Part shown: one piece after another, positions 17,468 through 26,376 of the stretch
Layout: each line of letters begins with the position of its first letter
Numbering within the stretch: position 1 is the first letter of the stretch
Assembly (NCBI GenBank): GCA_037141675.1
Contig: JBAXCC010000001.1
Location: 1-56,685, forward strand
From: a bacterium
GTDB lineage: Bacteria > Verrucomicrobiota > Kiritimatiellia > RFP12 > UBA1067
DNA length: 56,685 nucleotides
Direction: 5' to 3'
Translations under genes and position numbers: made by a program
Notes under the pieces: generated by a model
Told to the model about the DNA's origin: nothing
The model's input: only the letters and a program-made list of their open reading frames with translations
Database searches by the model: none

Positions 17468-19255
17468 ATGACATCTGAGAAGACAGTTGGAGTTGTTGAA
17501 CCGCAAACAGTGACGCTGACGTTGCCCCCTGAAGGCTTTACGCTTGAAAAGGGAGGCGTTTTACGGTCGATTACTGTTGCGTATGAACGTTGCGGGCTGC
17601 TGACCGCTGACAACAGTAATGTGGTTTTTGCCTGTCATGCCCTGACTGGGGATGCGCATGTGGCGGGCATACGCCCTGGCGAAACAGAGCCAGATGGTTG
17701 GTGGGAGGGGATGATCGGTTCGGGTAGGGGTATAGATACAGACCGCTATCAGGTTATTTGCGCAAATATTCTAGGTGGATGCAAGGGAACGACAGGGCCA
17801 TCTTCTGTTTCTCCAGTGACGGGCAAGCCGTATGGCTCTGATTTTCCCAAAATGACGGTGGGCGATATCATTGAAGTGCATCGTCTGTTGCTTAAGGAGT
17901 TAGGCATCTCACGCTTGGCGGGTATCATCGGAGGAAGCTTTGGCGGCATGCAGGTCATGGAATGGGTCGTCCGCTATTCTGAAGAAGTCGAGCGCGCGAT
18001 GATTGTTGCCTCAGCTGCAAGTCTTAATTCCCAGGCTCTTGCTTTTGATATTGTTGGACGGCATGCGATCACCGATGATCCAAACTGGAACAGGGGCGAT
18101 TATTATGAAAACGAGCAACAACCCCACAGCGGATTGTCTAGCGCTCGCAAATTGGCCCATATCACCTATTTGTCCCAGGGATTGATGGATGAGAAGTTTG
18201 GCCGTGAAAAGCGGTCTGACTGGCTTGTGGCGAGTGACGAGTTCAAGCAGAAGAGGGATGACATATTCAGGACGTTTTTCCAGGTGGAGAGTTATCTCCA
18301 GCATCAGGGCGAAAAGTTTATTCGTCGGTTTGATGCGAATTCCTATTTGCATATCACCTTGGCGATGGACGAATATGATTTGGCGGAGAGATACGGTTCG
18401 CTGGAGAGGGCGTTTAAAGGGGTGTCCTCGCGAGTTCTGGTCGTCTCCTTGAGTGGAGACTGGCTCTTTATGCCGTGCCAGTCTGAAGAACTTGTGACGG
18501 CCTTGGTCAAGCAGCATAAGCGCGTCTCATACTGTCACCTGAATACGGATGCGGGCCATGACGCATTCTTGACACACATTTCTGATTTGAAACGCATTAT
18601 TCATGCGTTCCTTGCATCTCCGGAGGAGATGAACCAGCGCGCAATACCTCAACAAAATCAGATGGAACATTATCAGAAGGTGATTGACCTGATTCCCAAA
18701 GAGGGGCGTGTCTTGGATTTGGGATGCGGCGATGGCTCATTGCTGTCGATTCTGAAGGCAAGAAACCAGGTGAGTGGAAACGGTGTCGAGATCAATGTTG
18801 ATGACGTGATCCATGCCATCGGGACAGGTTGCGATGTGATTTTGGAAGATGTTGATGACGGTCTTGCAATGATTCCGGATGACAGCTATGACCGTGTGAT
18901 ATTGAGTGAGACGCTACAGACGATTAAACGTCCAAAGGAATTACTTCAACAAATATTGCGTGTTGCGCGCGAAGCGGTCATCACCTTCCCGAATTTTGCC
19001 TGTATGGACGTTCGACTCCAACTATTGTTTGGTGGACGCATGCCCAAGGGAAAGCAGATCCCTTATGAGTGGTACAACACGCCGAACATTCATTTGTTTA
19101 CGCTGAAAGACTTTATTTCATTATGTGAAGAAGAAGAAATCGTTGTTCAGGACTTGATTTGCCAGGCCAACTCTTGGTTTGGACGGGTCTTGATTGGGCT
19201 GGGATTTAAGAATCTTGGCGCATCCAAGGTCATTGCCCGTGTAAAGCGGAAATAA
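17468..19255 (+). CDS. metX: Homoserine O-acetyltransferase fused to MetW (MetX-MetW fusion)
   Basis: N-terminal alpha/beta hydrolase with nucleophile elbow GGSFGGMQ (MetX). C-terminal ~200 aa [12 protein letters not shown]...[12 protein letters not shown] matches MetW (methyltransferase-like motif I). Confidence 0.85.
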   Translation: MTSEKTVGVVEPQTVTLTLPPEGFTLEKGGVLRSITVAYERCGLLTADNSNVVFACHALTGDAHVAGIRPGETEPDGWWEGMIGSGRGIDTDRYQVICANILGGCKGTTGPSSVSPVTGKPYGSDFPKMTVGDIIEVHRLLLKELGISRLAGIIGGSFGGMQVMEWVVRYSEEVERAMIVASAASLNSQALAFDIVGRHAITDDPNWNRGDYYENEQQPHSGLSSARKLAHITYLSQGLMDEKFGREKRSDWLVASDEFKQKRDDIFRTFFQVESYLQHQGEKFIRRFDANSYLHITLAMDEYDLAERYGSLERAFKGVSSRVLVVSLSGDWLFMPCQSEELVTALVKQHKRVSYCHLNTDAGHDAFLTHISDLKRIIHAFLASPEEMNQRAIPQQNQMEHYQKVIDLIPKEGRVLDLGCGDGSLLSILKARNQVSGNGVEINVDDVIHAIGTGCDVILEDVDDGLAMIPDDSYDRVILSETLQTIKRPKELLQQILRVAREAVITFPNFACMDVRLQLLFGGRMPKGKQIPYEWYNTPNIHLFTLKDFISLCEEEEIVVQDLICQANSWFGRVLIGLGFKNLGASKVIARVKRK

Positions 19256-19262
19256 TGTGTTT

Positions 19263-20192
19263 ATGGAAGGTCGAGGTACAAAGATGGAAACCTGGTTGAA
19301 TGCGAATTTAGAGAATGTGGCGGTTGCATTGTCGCCCTGCTGTGGGTGTACAGTCGCGAATACAGAACGCGATGTGAATTTGCCGGGGACTGCAGCCGTG
19401 ATTGATGTGCTGGAGAAGCTGATGGCCGTGTTATACCCAGGGTGTCATGGGAATGGCCCTGTTGAACATGACAGTTGCCACCATCACTTGAAGGAGACGC
19501 TTCAGGATATTGCGGAAGAGCTGTATGACCAAACCCACCGGTCGTTTGAATACGCCTGCAACAAAGTGAAGTGTATGCAGTGTGGGGATTGCAAGGAGAA
19601 AGCCCGTCAGTCCGTGACGGCGCTGATGGATGGCCTGCCCGGGATTCGCAACATGTTGCAAGAGGATATCCAGGCGGCTTATGAGGGTGACCCCGCGGCA
19701 CGCTCGACCATGGAAATCGTGATGAGCTATCCAGGTCTCTATGCTATTACGGTACATCGCATCGCTCATGCGTTGTATCAGCAAGGAGTTCATTTGATCC
19801 CGCGTGTCATGAGTGAGCATGCTCACTCAAAGACGGGCATTGATATTCACCCAGGGGCAACCATCGGTTCTGGATTCTTCATTGACCATGGAACGGGCGT
19901 GGTGATTGGTGAGACGTGCAAGATTGGTCGTCGCGTCAAGCTCTATCAGGGTGTGACACTCGGAGCCTTAAGCTTTGCAAAAGATGATACTGGCGCACTG
20001 GTCAAAGGGGTCAAGCGGCATCCTGACGTGGAAGACAATGTTGTGATCTATGCAGGAGCGACTATTCTTGGCGGGGATACTGTGATCGGACGTGATTCCG
20101 TTATTGGCGGTAACGTATGGCTTATTCACTCAGTTCCGCCTGGCTCGAAAGTTTATAATCAGACTCCGAGTCCCGTTATTAAAAGCGTATAG
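19263..20192 (+). CDS. cysE: Serine O-acetyltransferase (long form with Cys/His-rich N-terminal region)
   Basis: AAYEGDPAA...[14 protein letters not shown] and hexapeptide region [27 protein letters not shown]. Start is uncertain: GTG 19257, ATG 19263 or ATG 19284. Confidence 0.85.
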   Translation: MEGRGTKMETWLNANLENVAVALSPCCGCTVANTERDVNLPGTAAVIDVLEKLMAVLYPGCHGNGPVEHDSCHHHLKETLQDIAEELYDQTHRSFEYACNKVKCMQCGDCKEKARQSVTALMDGLPGIRNMLQEDIQAAYEGDPAARSTMEIVMSYPGLYAITVHRIAHALYQQGVHLIPRVMSEHAHSKTGIDIHPGATIGSGFFIDHGTGVVIGETCKIGRRVKLYQGVTLGALSFAKDDTGALVKGVKRHPDVEDNVVIYAGATILGGDTVIGRDSVIGGNVWLIHSVPPGSKVYNQTPSPVIKSV

Positions 20193-20298
20193 AAAAAAAT
20201 ACAGTGAGAATCTTAGAGTGTCTCGAGGGCATGTCCAGAGATTCTGATTTGAGTTATTTACTGTTCAGACAGATGACCCCGCACCTCTTGCGACCTTC

Positions 20299-20808
20299 CT
20301 ATTGTTGCTCAGCCTTTTTTCGAGCCGCCTTTGCGGCTTTTAGTTGAGCTTCCTCTTCGGCCTGCTTCTTTTGCTTTTCAATCCAAGATTTCTCGTCATC
20401 AAGGGCCCTCTGGATGAATTCCTGATAGGCTTCCGGTGTGCCGAAGCCTGTCCGGGTGTCCCCGAAGGTTGCGCCGGAGCCGTTTAAGACACCGACAAAG
20501 GGGAGCACATTGCCCATCACCGAGAAATAGGACGTGAAATAGTTTTGATGGTCGTAGTTGTCAATGTCGAGCTTGAGATAGATGAATTTATTTTCATCCA
20601 GTTTTAGCTCGCCCTTTTTGATATAATTATAAAACTTGATGCAGTTGCTGCAGGCTTCCCGCCCAATGGAAACGAAGAGGAGTTTGTTGGTCTTGGTTGC
20701 TTCCTCCATGTAAACAGGGAAGTCTTTGTCGATGTATTTTTCGGTCTCAAAGGCCTTGAGTGAATACGTTGCCGCGAGTGTAAGTATGAGCCCTAGTAAG
20801 CGTTTCAT
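20299..20808 (-). CDS. Secreted thioredoxin-fold protein with CxxC
   Basis: Signal peptide MKRLLGLILTLAATYSLKA, CSNC motif in the context FVSIGREACSNCIKF, and a Lys/Ala/Glu-rich C-terminal tail. Confidence 0.55.
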   Translation of the reverse strand: MKRLLGLILTLAATYSLKAFETEKYIDKDFPVYMEEATKTNKLLFVSIGREACSNCIKFYNYIKKGELKLDENKFIYLKLDIDNYDHQNYFTSYFSVMGNVLPFVGVLNGSGATFGDTRTGFGTPEAYQEFIQRALDDEKSWIEKQKKQAEEEAQLKAAKAARKKAEQQ

Positions 20809-20865
20809 TCTTGATCCTTCCTTTCATGTTGATAAAGCTGTCTGCTTCCTGACCCCTGACTCCTG

Positions 20866-21882
20866 TCATAAAGGCAGTTCGGCTGGACGCGCAGGGGATA
20901 CGAGTCTGAGGCGTGCATAGCAAGCTTGGGTCGCGACACGCCCTTTCGGCGTACGCTCGAGATAACCTTCCTGGATCAGGAAGGGCTCGTACACTTCTTC
21001 AATGGTGTCTGGCTCTTCACCTACAGAAACAGCGATCGTGTTGAGTCCTACAGGACCGCCATTGAATTTGTGTACAAGGGTTTCTAGGATGCGGACGTCC
21101 ATCTCATCGAGGCCACGCGGGTCGATTTCAAGAAGGGAGAGCGCCTCGGCCGCTACTTCGCGCGTAATATGGTTATTTGCGCGGACTTGTGCAAAATCTC
21201 GCACGCGCCGCAGGAGATTGTTTGCGATGCGCGGGGTACCTCGTGCGCGGGACGCAATCTCGTATGAACCTGCTGGTTCAATGCTGACCTCCAACTTTCC
21301 AGCGGAGCGTTCGACAATCTTACTGAGGTCATCCGCGTGATAATAGTCCAGGCGGTTTGTAATGCCGAAACGTGAGCGCAACGGCGCGGATATCAGGCCG
21401 CTGCGTGTCGTTGCCCCGATCAGTGTAAAACGCGGCAGTTCGAGACGCACCGATCGCGCATTGGGCCCCTGGTCAATCATGATGTCGAGTACGAAATCCT
21501 CCATCGCAGAATAGAGATACTCCTCAACGGAACGTTGCATACGATGGATTTCATCGATGAAGACAATGTCGCCCGGTGAAAGACTGGTCAAGAGACCGGC
21601 AAGGTCGCCGGGTTTGTCAATAACCGGGCCTGACGTTGTCTTGACCTGGACACCCATAGCTTCGCCAATGATAAAGGCAAGCGTTGTCTTTCCTAGCCCT
21701 GGAGGACCGGAGAGCAGGATATGATCGAGGGCTTCCTTCCGTTGCCGGGCAGCCTCAACAGCAAGCAATAACCGATCGCGAATCTTTTGTTGCCCGACGA
21801 AATCATCAAAGCGAGTTGGTCTCAGACGGTTGTCAAAGGATGGGTTGCGCTGATTGAATTCCTCTGTTGAGTGTGTTTGCAT
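20866..21882 (-). CDS. ruvB: Holliday junction branch migration helicase RuvB
   Basis: Walker [12 protein letters not shown], Walker B IFIDEIHR, full-length RuvB-like sequence. Confidence 0.95.
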   Translation of the reverse strand: MQTHSTEEFNQRNPSFDNRLRPTRFDDFVGQQKIRDRLLLAVEAARQRKEALDHILLSGPPGLGKTTLAFIIGEAMGVQVKTTSGPVIDKPGDLAGLLTSLSPGDIVFIDEIHRMQRSVEEYLYSAMEDFVLDIMIDQGPNARSVRLELPRFTLIGATTRSGLISAPLRSRFGITNRLDYYHADDLSKIVERSAGKLEVSIEPAGSYEIASRARGTPRIANNLLRRVRDFAQVRANNHITREVAAEALSLLEIDPRGLDEMDVRILETLVHKFNGGPVGLNTIAVSVGEEPDTIEEVYEPFLIQEGYLERTPKGRVATQACYARLRLVSPARPAELPL

Positions 21883-21906
21883 GTTATCGGGAGATTTTCG
21901 ACCGTC

Positions 21907-22407
21907 CTAACGTTGGGTAATCTTGGTAATAATAGGATGAAGCAACCTGACGGTTGTCGAATTATTCAGGTCGCGATGCGATTCCTCTTTAGATAGGTTG
22001 AACATTCCGAGAACGCACAGAAATGCAATTAGAAAAATTGATTTTAGGACGCCAAAAAAGGTGCCCAGAATTTCATTGAAGGGTGTTGGAATGGTCAAAC
22101 CGATGGAATCCGTGAGTAACTTGCGCAATAGGAACCAGATTGCGACTGCGACGAATAAGGTGATGATGAAAGCGATAGAATGGGCTGCATTCGGGTTTTT
22201 ATGCAAGAAGCTGAATGACTGGACTTCGTTCATGACCCAAGAAAAACCATAGAAAAAGAAGGCACCTGTGAGGATCCAGGCCAGCATGGATCCTATTTCG
22301 CCTGAAGCTCCTTGCCTAAAGCCACGTATGAGAAAAAAAATGATAATGACAAGTGCACCGCTGTCGATGACGCCGAAGTCTTTAATTGTGGTAAAGATAC
22401 TGCTCAT
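21907..22407 (-). CDS. cvpA: CvpA-family membrane protein
   Basis: 166 aa with four hydrophobic segments. The N-terminus FGVIDSGALVIIIFFLIRGFRQGASGEI is typical of colicin V production protein family members. Confidence 0.6.
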   Translation of the reverse strand: MSSIFTTIKDFGVIDSGALVIIIFFLIRGFRQGASGEIGSMLAWILTGAFFFYGFSWVMNEVQSFSFLHKNPNAAHSIAFIITLFVAVAIWFLLRKLLTDSIGLTIPTPFNEILGTFFGVLKSIFLIAFLCVLGMFNLSKEESHRDLNNSTTVRLLHPIITKITQR

Positions 22408-22441
22408 ACGTGAATACTTTCATGTGCCGTGAGATGCCGCT

Positions 22442-23599
22442 CTATTTTTTTGGAAGTATTTTGACCCATTTTTCGTAATCTGCTCGTCCCGGATCCTTTG
22501 CTGAAATCATGGACAAGTAAAATTCTCCATAGAGACGCGCTTCTGGATAACGTCCTTCCGCATAACGTAACTTAGCCATCAGTTTTGCGGATGCCGGGTT
22601 GAAGGGACTACGGGCAATGGCCTTATCTAGCGTTTTGATGGCTTCACCGTATTGTCTCAGCTGTATGGACAATTCGGCTGCTTGACAATAACAATCTTGG
22701 TTGTTCGGGTTGATTTCGGATGCGCGCTTGAATGCGTTACGCGCTTCATTCCGAAGACCTTGTTGCAGATAGACATTAGCAAGTCCATACGATGCGCTAA
22801 AAGTGAGAGAGTCTGCGTCCAGTGCTTCCTTGTAATATTTTATAGCCTTGGCGTACTGCTTCATTGAATAGGCGGTCACGCCTTCTTGAAGGAGTTTGGC
22901 TGCCTTAGGAGAGTCCCTCCGGATGACATCTGGCTCATTCGCGCGCGTCCGTTCGATATTCGTTTTTAAACGCTTGATATTGCTGGTAGCCTTTTCGAAG
23001 TAGCGATTCTTTGGTTTGGCGATGTGTACAAAAAGTTCAAAGGTGTCTAGGGCCTCCTCGTACAACTTATAGTCATCTCGATACAGGGTGGCAAGATTGT
23101 AATAGGCTGCTTCATGCTTCCTGTTCTCTTTAATTGCACGTAAATAATATAAACGAGAAATATCAAACCGCTTGCGACGGGCTTCAACAAGGCCGAGCGT
23201 AGTCAAAACTCGCGCCTTTACATCTGCGGAGGGTGCACAGGCAAGAGCCTTTTCAAGCATCTCAGATGCTGGTAAAAGATTATCTTGTTGAAGATCAAGT
23301 TGTCCCATGCATGCGAGAGCATCGCTGTACCCTGGATTTAATTTAATGGCTTCAGAAAATGCGGCTTGCGCTTGTGCGCAATTGCCAAGCTCCATATGAG
23401 CGACGCCAAGGTTGTAATAAAGTTCTGGTGAATTGGTGATACGGCTTGTCGCATACGTTAAGTGCTCGACAGCCTTTTCATATCTCCCTTCCTTGAAGGC
23501 CTCCATACCACTCTTTGCGGAACTCAAGCCTGAACGGGATCCGCATCCGCAAACGCCCAATACCATTAGGCATAAAAGCAAATAAAAACCACGCATCAT
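22442..23599 (-). CDS. TPR-repeat lipoprotein
   Basis: MMRGFYLLLCLMVLGVCGC lipobox-like signal, followed by many TPR-like repeats (for example YYNLGVAHMELGNCAQAQAAFSEAIKLNP). The track N-terminal extension to 23737 was rejected. Confidence 0.75.
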   Translation of the reverse strand: MMRGFYLLLCLMVLGVCGCGSRSGLSSAKSGMEAFKEGRYEKAVEHLTYATSRITNSPELYYNLGVAHMELGNCAQAQAAFSEAIKLNPGYSDALACMGQLDLQQDNLLPASEMLEKALACAPSADVKARVLTTLGLVEARRKRFDISRLYYLRAIKENRKHEAAYYNLATLYRDDYKLYEEALDTFELFVHIAKPKNRYFEKATSNIKRLKTNIERTRANEPDVIRRDSPKAAKLLQEGVTAYSMKQYAKAIKYYKEALDADSLTFSASYGLANVYLQQGLRNEARNAFKRASEINPNNQDCYCQAAELSIQLRQYGEAIKTLDKAIARSPFNPASAKLMAKLRYAEGRYPEARLYGEFYLSMISAKDPGRADYEKWVKILPKK

Positions 23600-23799
23600 A
23601 AAATGTCCTCTTATCGTTTTGATCGTTTTCAATGGTGCAACTGAAAATACGTTAAATTTCGCTAATATATTACCGCAGAAAGGGGGACTGCGCAAGCGTA
23701 ATGGATAGGTTCTGAGGAAATTGCTTTTGAACAGCACAGAACACGTATCGCTATTTCATAGATTACAGCTTTGCTTCATTACAACGTTACCTCGTTACT

Positions 23800-24279
23800 T
23801 CACCCATTCACGCGAGAGATGACGTTGATCATGACCGCCCGAGTGACGTCTTGTATGCCGGGAACCTTGCTTTCGCGGGAACCGGCTACGTTGAGGACGC
23901 CCTCCTGCAATGGGAGCGACAACAACCATCCGACAATCCGGTTGGTTGCCTCTTTTCGATCTGCAGCCAGATTCACGACAAGGTGAGGTTTCTTGTGTTT
24001 TTCTGCAAAAATGCAAGTTCTCAGGGAGGCGCTCTTTACCAATCCGCAGACCATGACGAGTGTCGCATCAGAATCAACGACGTTGGCCTCGGTGCGTTCC
24101 ACGTAAGAGGTTGTTTGCGTTTCGCGCAGGGCATCATGCCGTGAAGGAACGCCTCCGTCCTCAGCTCGTCTGCCTTTGGGCACCCAGCCACCGTAGGGGA
24201 GCTTACTGGCGATGGCTGCATCGAGGCCGCCGCGGTCCGCACCAGTCTGTCCGCCAGAAACTATCTTTGCTATTTTCAT
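23800..24279 (-). CDS. YpsA-like / 'putative molybdenum carrier' SLOG-superfamily protein
   Basis: KIVSGGQTGADRGGLDAA...GGWVPKGRRAEDG...NVVDSDATLV...LNVAGSRES pattern recalled from that family. Confidence 0.6.
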   Translation of the reverse strand: MKIAKIVSGGQTGADRGGLDAAIASKLPYGGWVPKGRRAEDGGVPSRHDALRETQTTSYVERTEANVVDSDATLVMVCGLVKSASLRTCIFAEKHKKPHLVVNLAADRKEATNRIVGWLLSLPLQEGVLNVAGSRESKVPGIQDVTRAVMINVISRVNG

Positions 24280-24337
24280 ATTTCAACGGGCACAGCTTAT
24301 CACATCTGGTCAGTCGGAGCATCGTTTATTTTCAAGC

Positions 24338-24366
24338 TTGCATACATTCGTGAAAGTATGTATATT
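24338..24366 (+). promoter_or_regulatory. Candidate sigma70-type promoter TTGCAT-N17-TATATT, with an embedded inverted repeat ATACAT-N10-ATGTAT as a possible TetR operator
   Basis: Read directly: -35 at 24338-24343 and -10 at 24361-24366, 33 nt upstream of the TetR ATG. Inverted repeat at 24342-24347 / 24358-24363. Confidence 0.35.
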
Positions 24367-24398
24367 AATAGCTTCTTTTGAAGATAGAGGACATTGGT

Positions 24399-25007
24399 AT
24401 GGCGCGAAGAACTAAAGCGGAAGCGGAACAGACGCGGCAGAAAATTTTGAAGACAGCACTCGACCTGTTCGTTGAAAAAGGATACGAGCGTGCGACGTTT
24501 GAAGATGTGGCTGCCCGTATCAAGCTGACCAAAGGCGCGGTCTATTGGCATTTTAAAAGCAAGCCAGATTTATTCACTGAAGTGGTAGCGGATATGACGG
24601 CGAAGCATAACGTGCAGATTGCCCGAGTACTGCCTGATCCGGTCACGTTGGACGGCCTGGTTGCGCATTTTGTCGAACGGGCGCGATTGATCGTGGAACA
24701 GCCCCGCAGCCGGAAATATTTTCAAATGATGCTGAGCCAGGACTGGCCAGCAGCAAAGTTCATCCCCATCAAGCGACGCCTTCGCGAAAGCGGGGCTGGT
24801 CCGTTTGAACTCATCGAAAAAACCTTGCGCATGTTTCAGGAAAAGGGTGAGATACGGAAAGACGCAGACATCCCAATGTGTGCGGCGGCGTTGGGTGCGA
24901 TGTGGTTGGGCGCGATGAAACTGCAAGTCGATCAGTGTCTGGATGCGGATTTAGCTGCATCAATTAACTTGGGATTCACTGCAATTATCAATACGATCAG
25001 GACATAA
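24399..25007 (+). CDS. TetR/AcrR-family transcriptional regulator
   Basis: N-terminal HTH TRQKILKTALDLFVEKGYERATFEDVAARIKLTKGAVYWHFKSK. ATG 24399 is preceded by GAGG. The track start 24378 is a TTG. Confidence 0.9.
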   Translation: MARRTKAEAEQTRQKILKTALDLFVEKGYERATFEDVAARIKLTKGAVYWHFKSKPDLFTEVVADMTAKHNVQIARVLPDPVTLDGLVAHFVERARLIVEQPRSRKYFQMMLSQDWPAAKFIPIKRRLRESGAGPFELIEKTLRMFQEKGEIRKDADIPMCAAALGAMWLGAMKLQVDQCLDADLAASINLGFTAIINTIRT

Positions 25008-25038
25008 CAGGTTTTAAATAAAGGAGGATAAGAACGGA

Positions 25039-26364
25039 ATGAAAAAGAATCGAATAAATTATTTCAAAGCATTCGGTACGGGCTTGGCACCGCTTTGCTG
25101 CGGGTTCTTGTTGTCGGCCTGTGACCGTCAACCTAAGGCTGGGCTCATATTTCCGCCTGCAGAGGTTGCGACAATAACGGTCACGCAGAAACCTGTTTTG
25201 CTGACGACTGAGCTCCCTGGACGCACATCGCCTTATCTTATCGCTGAAGTCCGGCCGCAAGTCAGCGGACTCATTCAAAAGCGACTCTTTACTGAAGGCT
25301 CTGATGTCAAGGCCGGGCAAAAACTCTACGAGATTGATCCTGCTCCGTTTCAGGCGGCCATGAGCCATGCGATGGCGACTCTCGAAGCCTCGAAGAAAGC
25401 TACTGATCAGACGCGTGCAGCGTTGAACGCAGCTCTCGCAGGCGTCGCTCGTCAGCAGGCGACAGTCACTTTTGCAAGGACGAATCGTAAGCGCTTTGAA
25501 GATTTGTTAAAGGAAAAGGCTGTTTCCAGTAGCGACTGTGAACAAGCTGTGACTTCGGCTGATGTGGCTGAGGCGACTCTCAAGGCGACTGAGGCGGAAG
25601 TGCAGAGTGCCCAAGGTGCAGTGGCTGCTTCTGAAGCAGCCATTCAGCAGGCCACATCGGCAGTGGAAATCGCTCGGATCAACTTGTCTTACACCACCAT
25701 TGTTGCTCCTATTTCCGGGCGTATCGGTAAATCCGCTGTGACCGATGGTGCCATTGTAACAGCCTATCAGCCTGTGCCTTTGGCGACTATCCAGCAGATG
25801 GATCCTATTTATGTTGATGTTCCACAATCCACAGCAGAACTGCTGCGTCTTAAGCGCCGTCTGCAGGAGGGTCAACTCCTTGTTAATGGGACGGATCTGA
25901 GTCAGGTACGGATCTTTCAGGAAGATGGAAAGGCCTATCCGTTAGAAGGGACGCTCCAGTTCCGTGATGTCTCGGTTGATCCGAGCACGGGTTCTGTGAT
26001 TCTTCGCATGGTCTTTCCGAACCCGGATGGTGCGCTGTTGCCGGGCATGTTTGTCCGTGCGGTGATCAAAGAGGGCGTCAACGAGAAGGCGATACTGGTA
26101 CCCCAGCAGACGGTTTCGCGTGATCCAAAGGGCAATCCCATAGCCTTTGTCGTGAATGCGGCGCAGCGGGTTGAACCACGGATGCTGAGTCTTGATCGGG
26201 CCTCCGGAAATCAATGGATCGTGGCCTCTGGGCTTATTTCCGGTGATCGTGTGATCGTCGAGGGCATGCAAAAGGCTCGCCCTGGCGCAGAGGTGAAGGC
26301 AGTCCCTTTTGAAGAGGGTGCAAAACAAGAACAAAAGGCCAATCCGGCTTCAACCGCTAAGTAA
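25039..26364 (+). CDS. RND efflux periplasmic adaptor (membrane fusion protein) lipoprotein
   Basis: Lipobox LLSAC, AcrA/MexA-like barrel-sandwich and coiled-coil hairpin sequence, AAGGAGG RBS upstream. Confidence 0.9.
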   Translation: MKKNRINYFKAFGTGLAPLCCGFLLSACDRQPKAGLIFPPAEVATITVTQKPVLLTTELPGRTSPYLIAEVRPQVSGLIQKRLFTEGSDVKAGQKLYEIDPAPFQAAMSHAMATLEASKKATDQTRAALNAALAGVARQQATVTFARTNRKRFEDLLKEKAVSSSDCEQAVTSADVAEATLKATEAEVQSAQGAVAASEAAIQQATSAVEIARINLSYTTIVAPISGRIGKSAVTDGAIVTAYQPVPLATIQQMDPIYVDVPQSTAELLRLKRRLQEGQLLVNGTDLSQVRIFQEDGKAYPLEGTLQFRDVSVDPSTGSVILRMVFPNPDGALLPGMFVRAVIKEGVNEKAILVPQQTVSRDPKGNPIAFVVNAAQRVEPRMLSLDRASGNQWIVASGLISGDRVIVEGMQKARPGAEVKAVPFEEGAKQEQKANPASTAK

Positions 26365-26376
26365 CGAAGGCACACC

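Noticed and set aside
20200-20260. Possible bidirectional terminator between convergent cysE and the Trx-like gene (AGAATCT...AGATTCT)
   Set aside because: It has only a 7-bp stem with a 24-nt loop and no flanking T/A runs. The support is insufficient.
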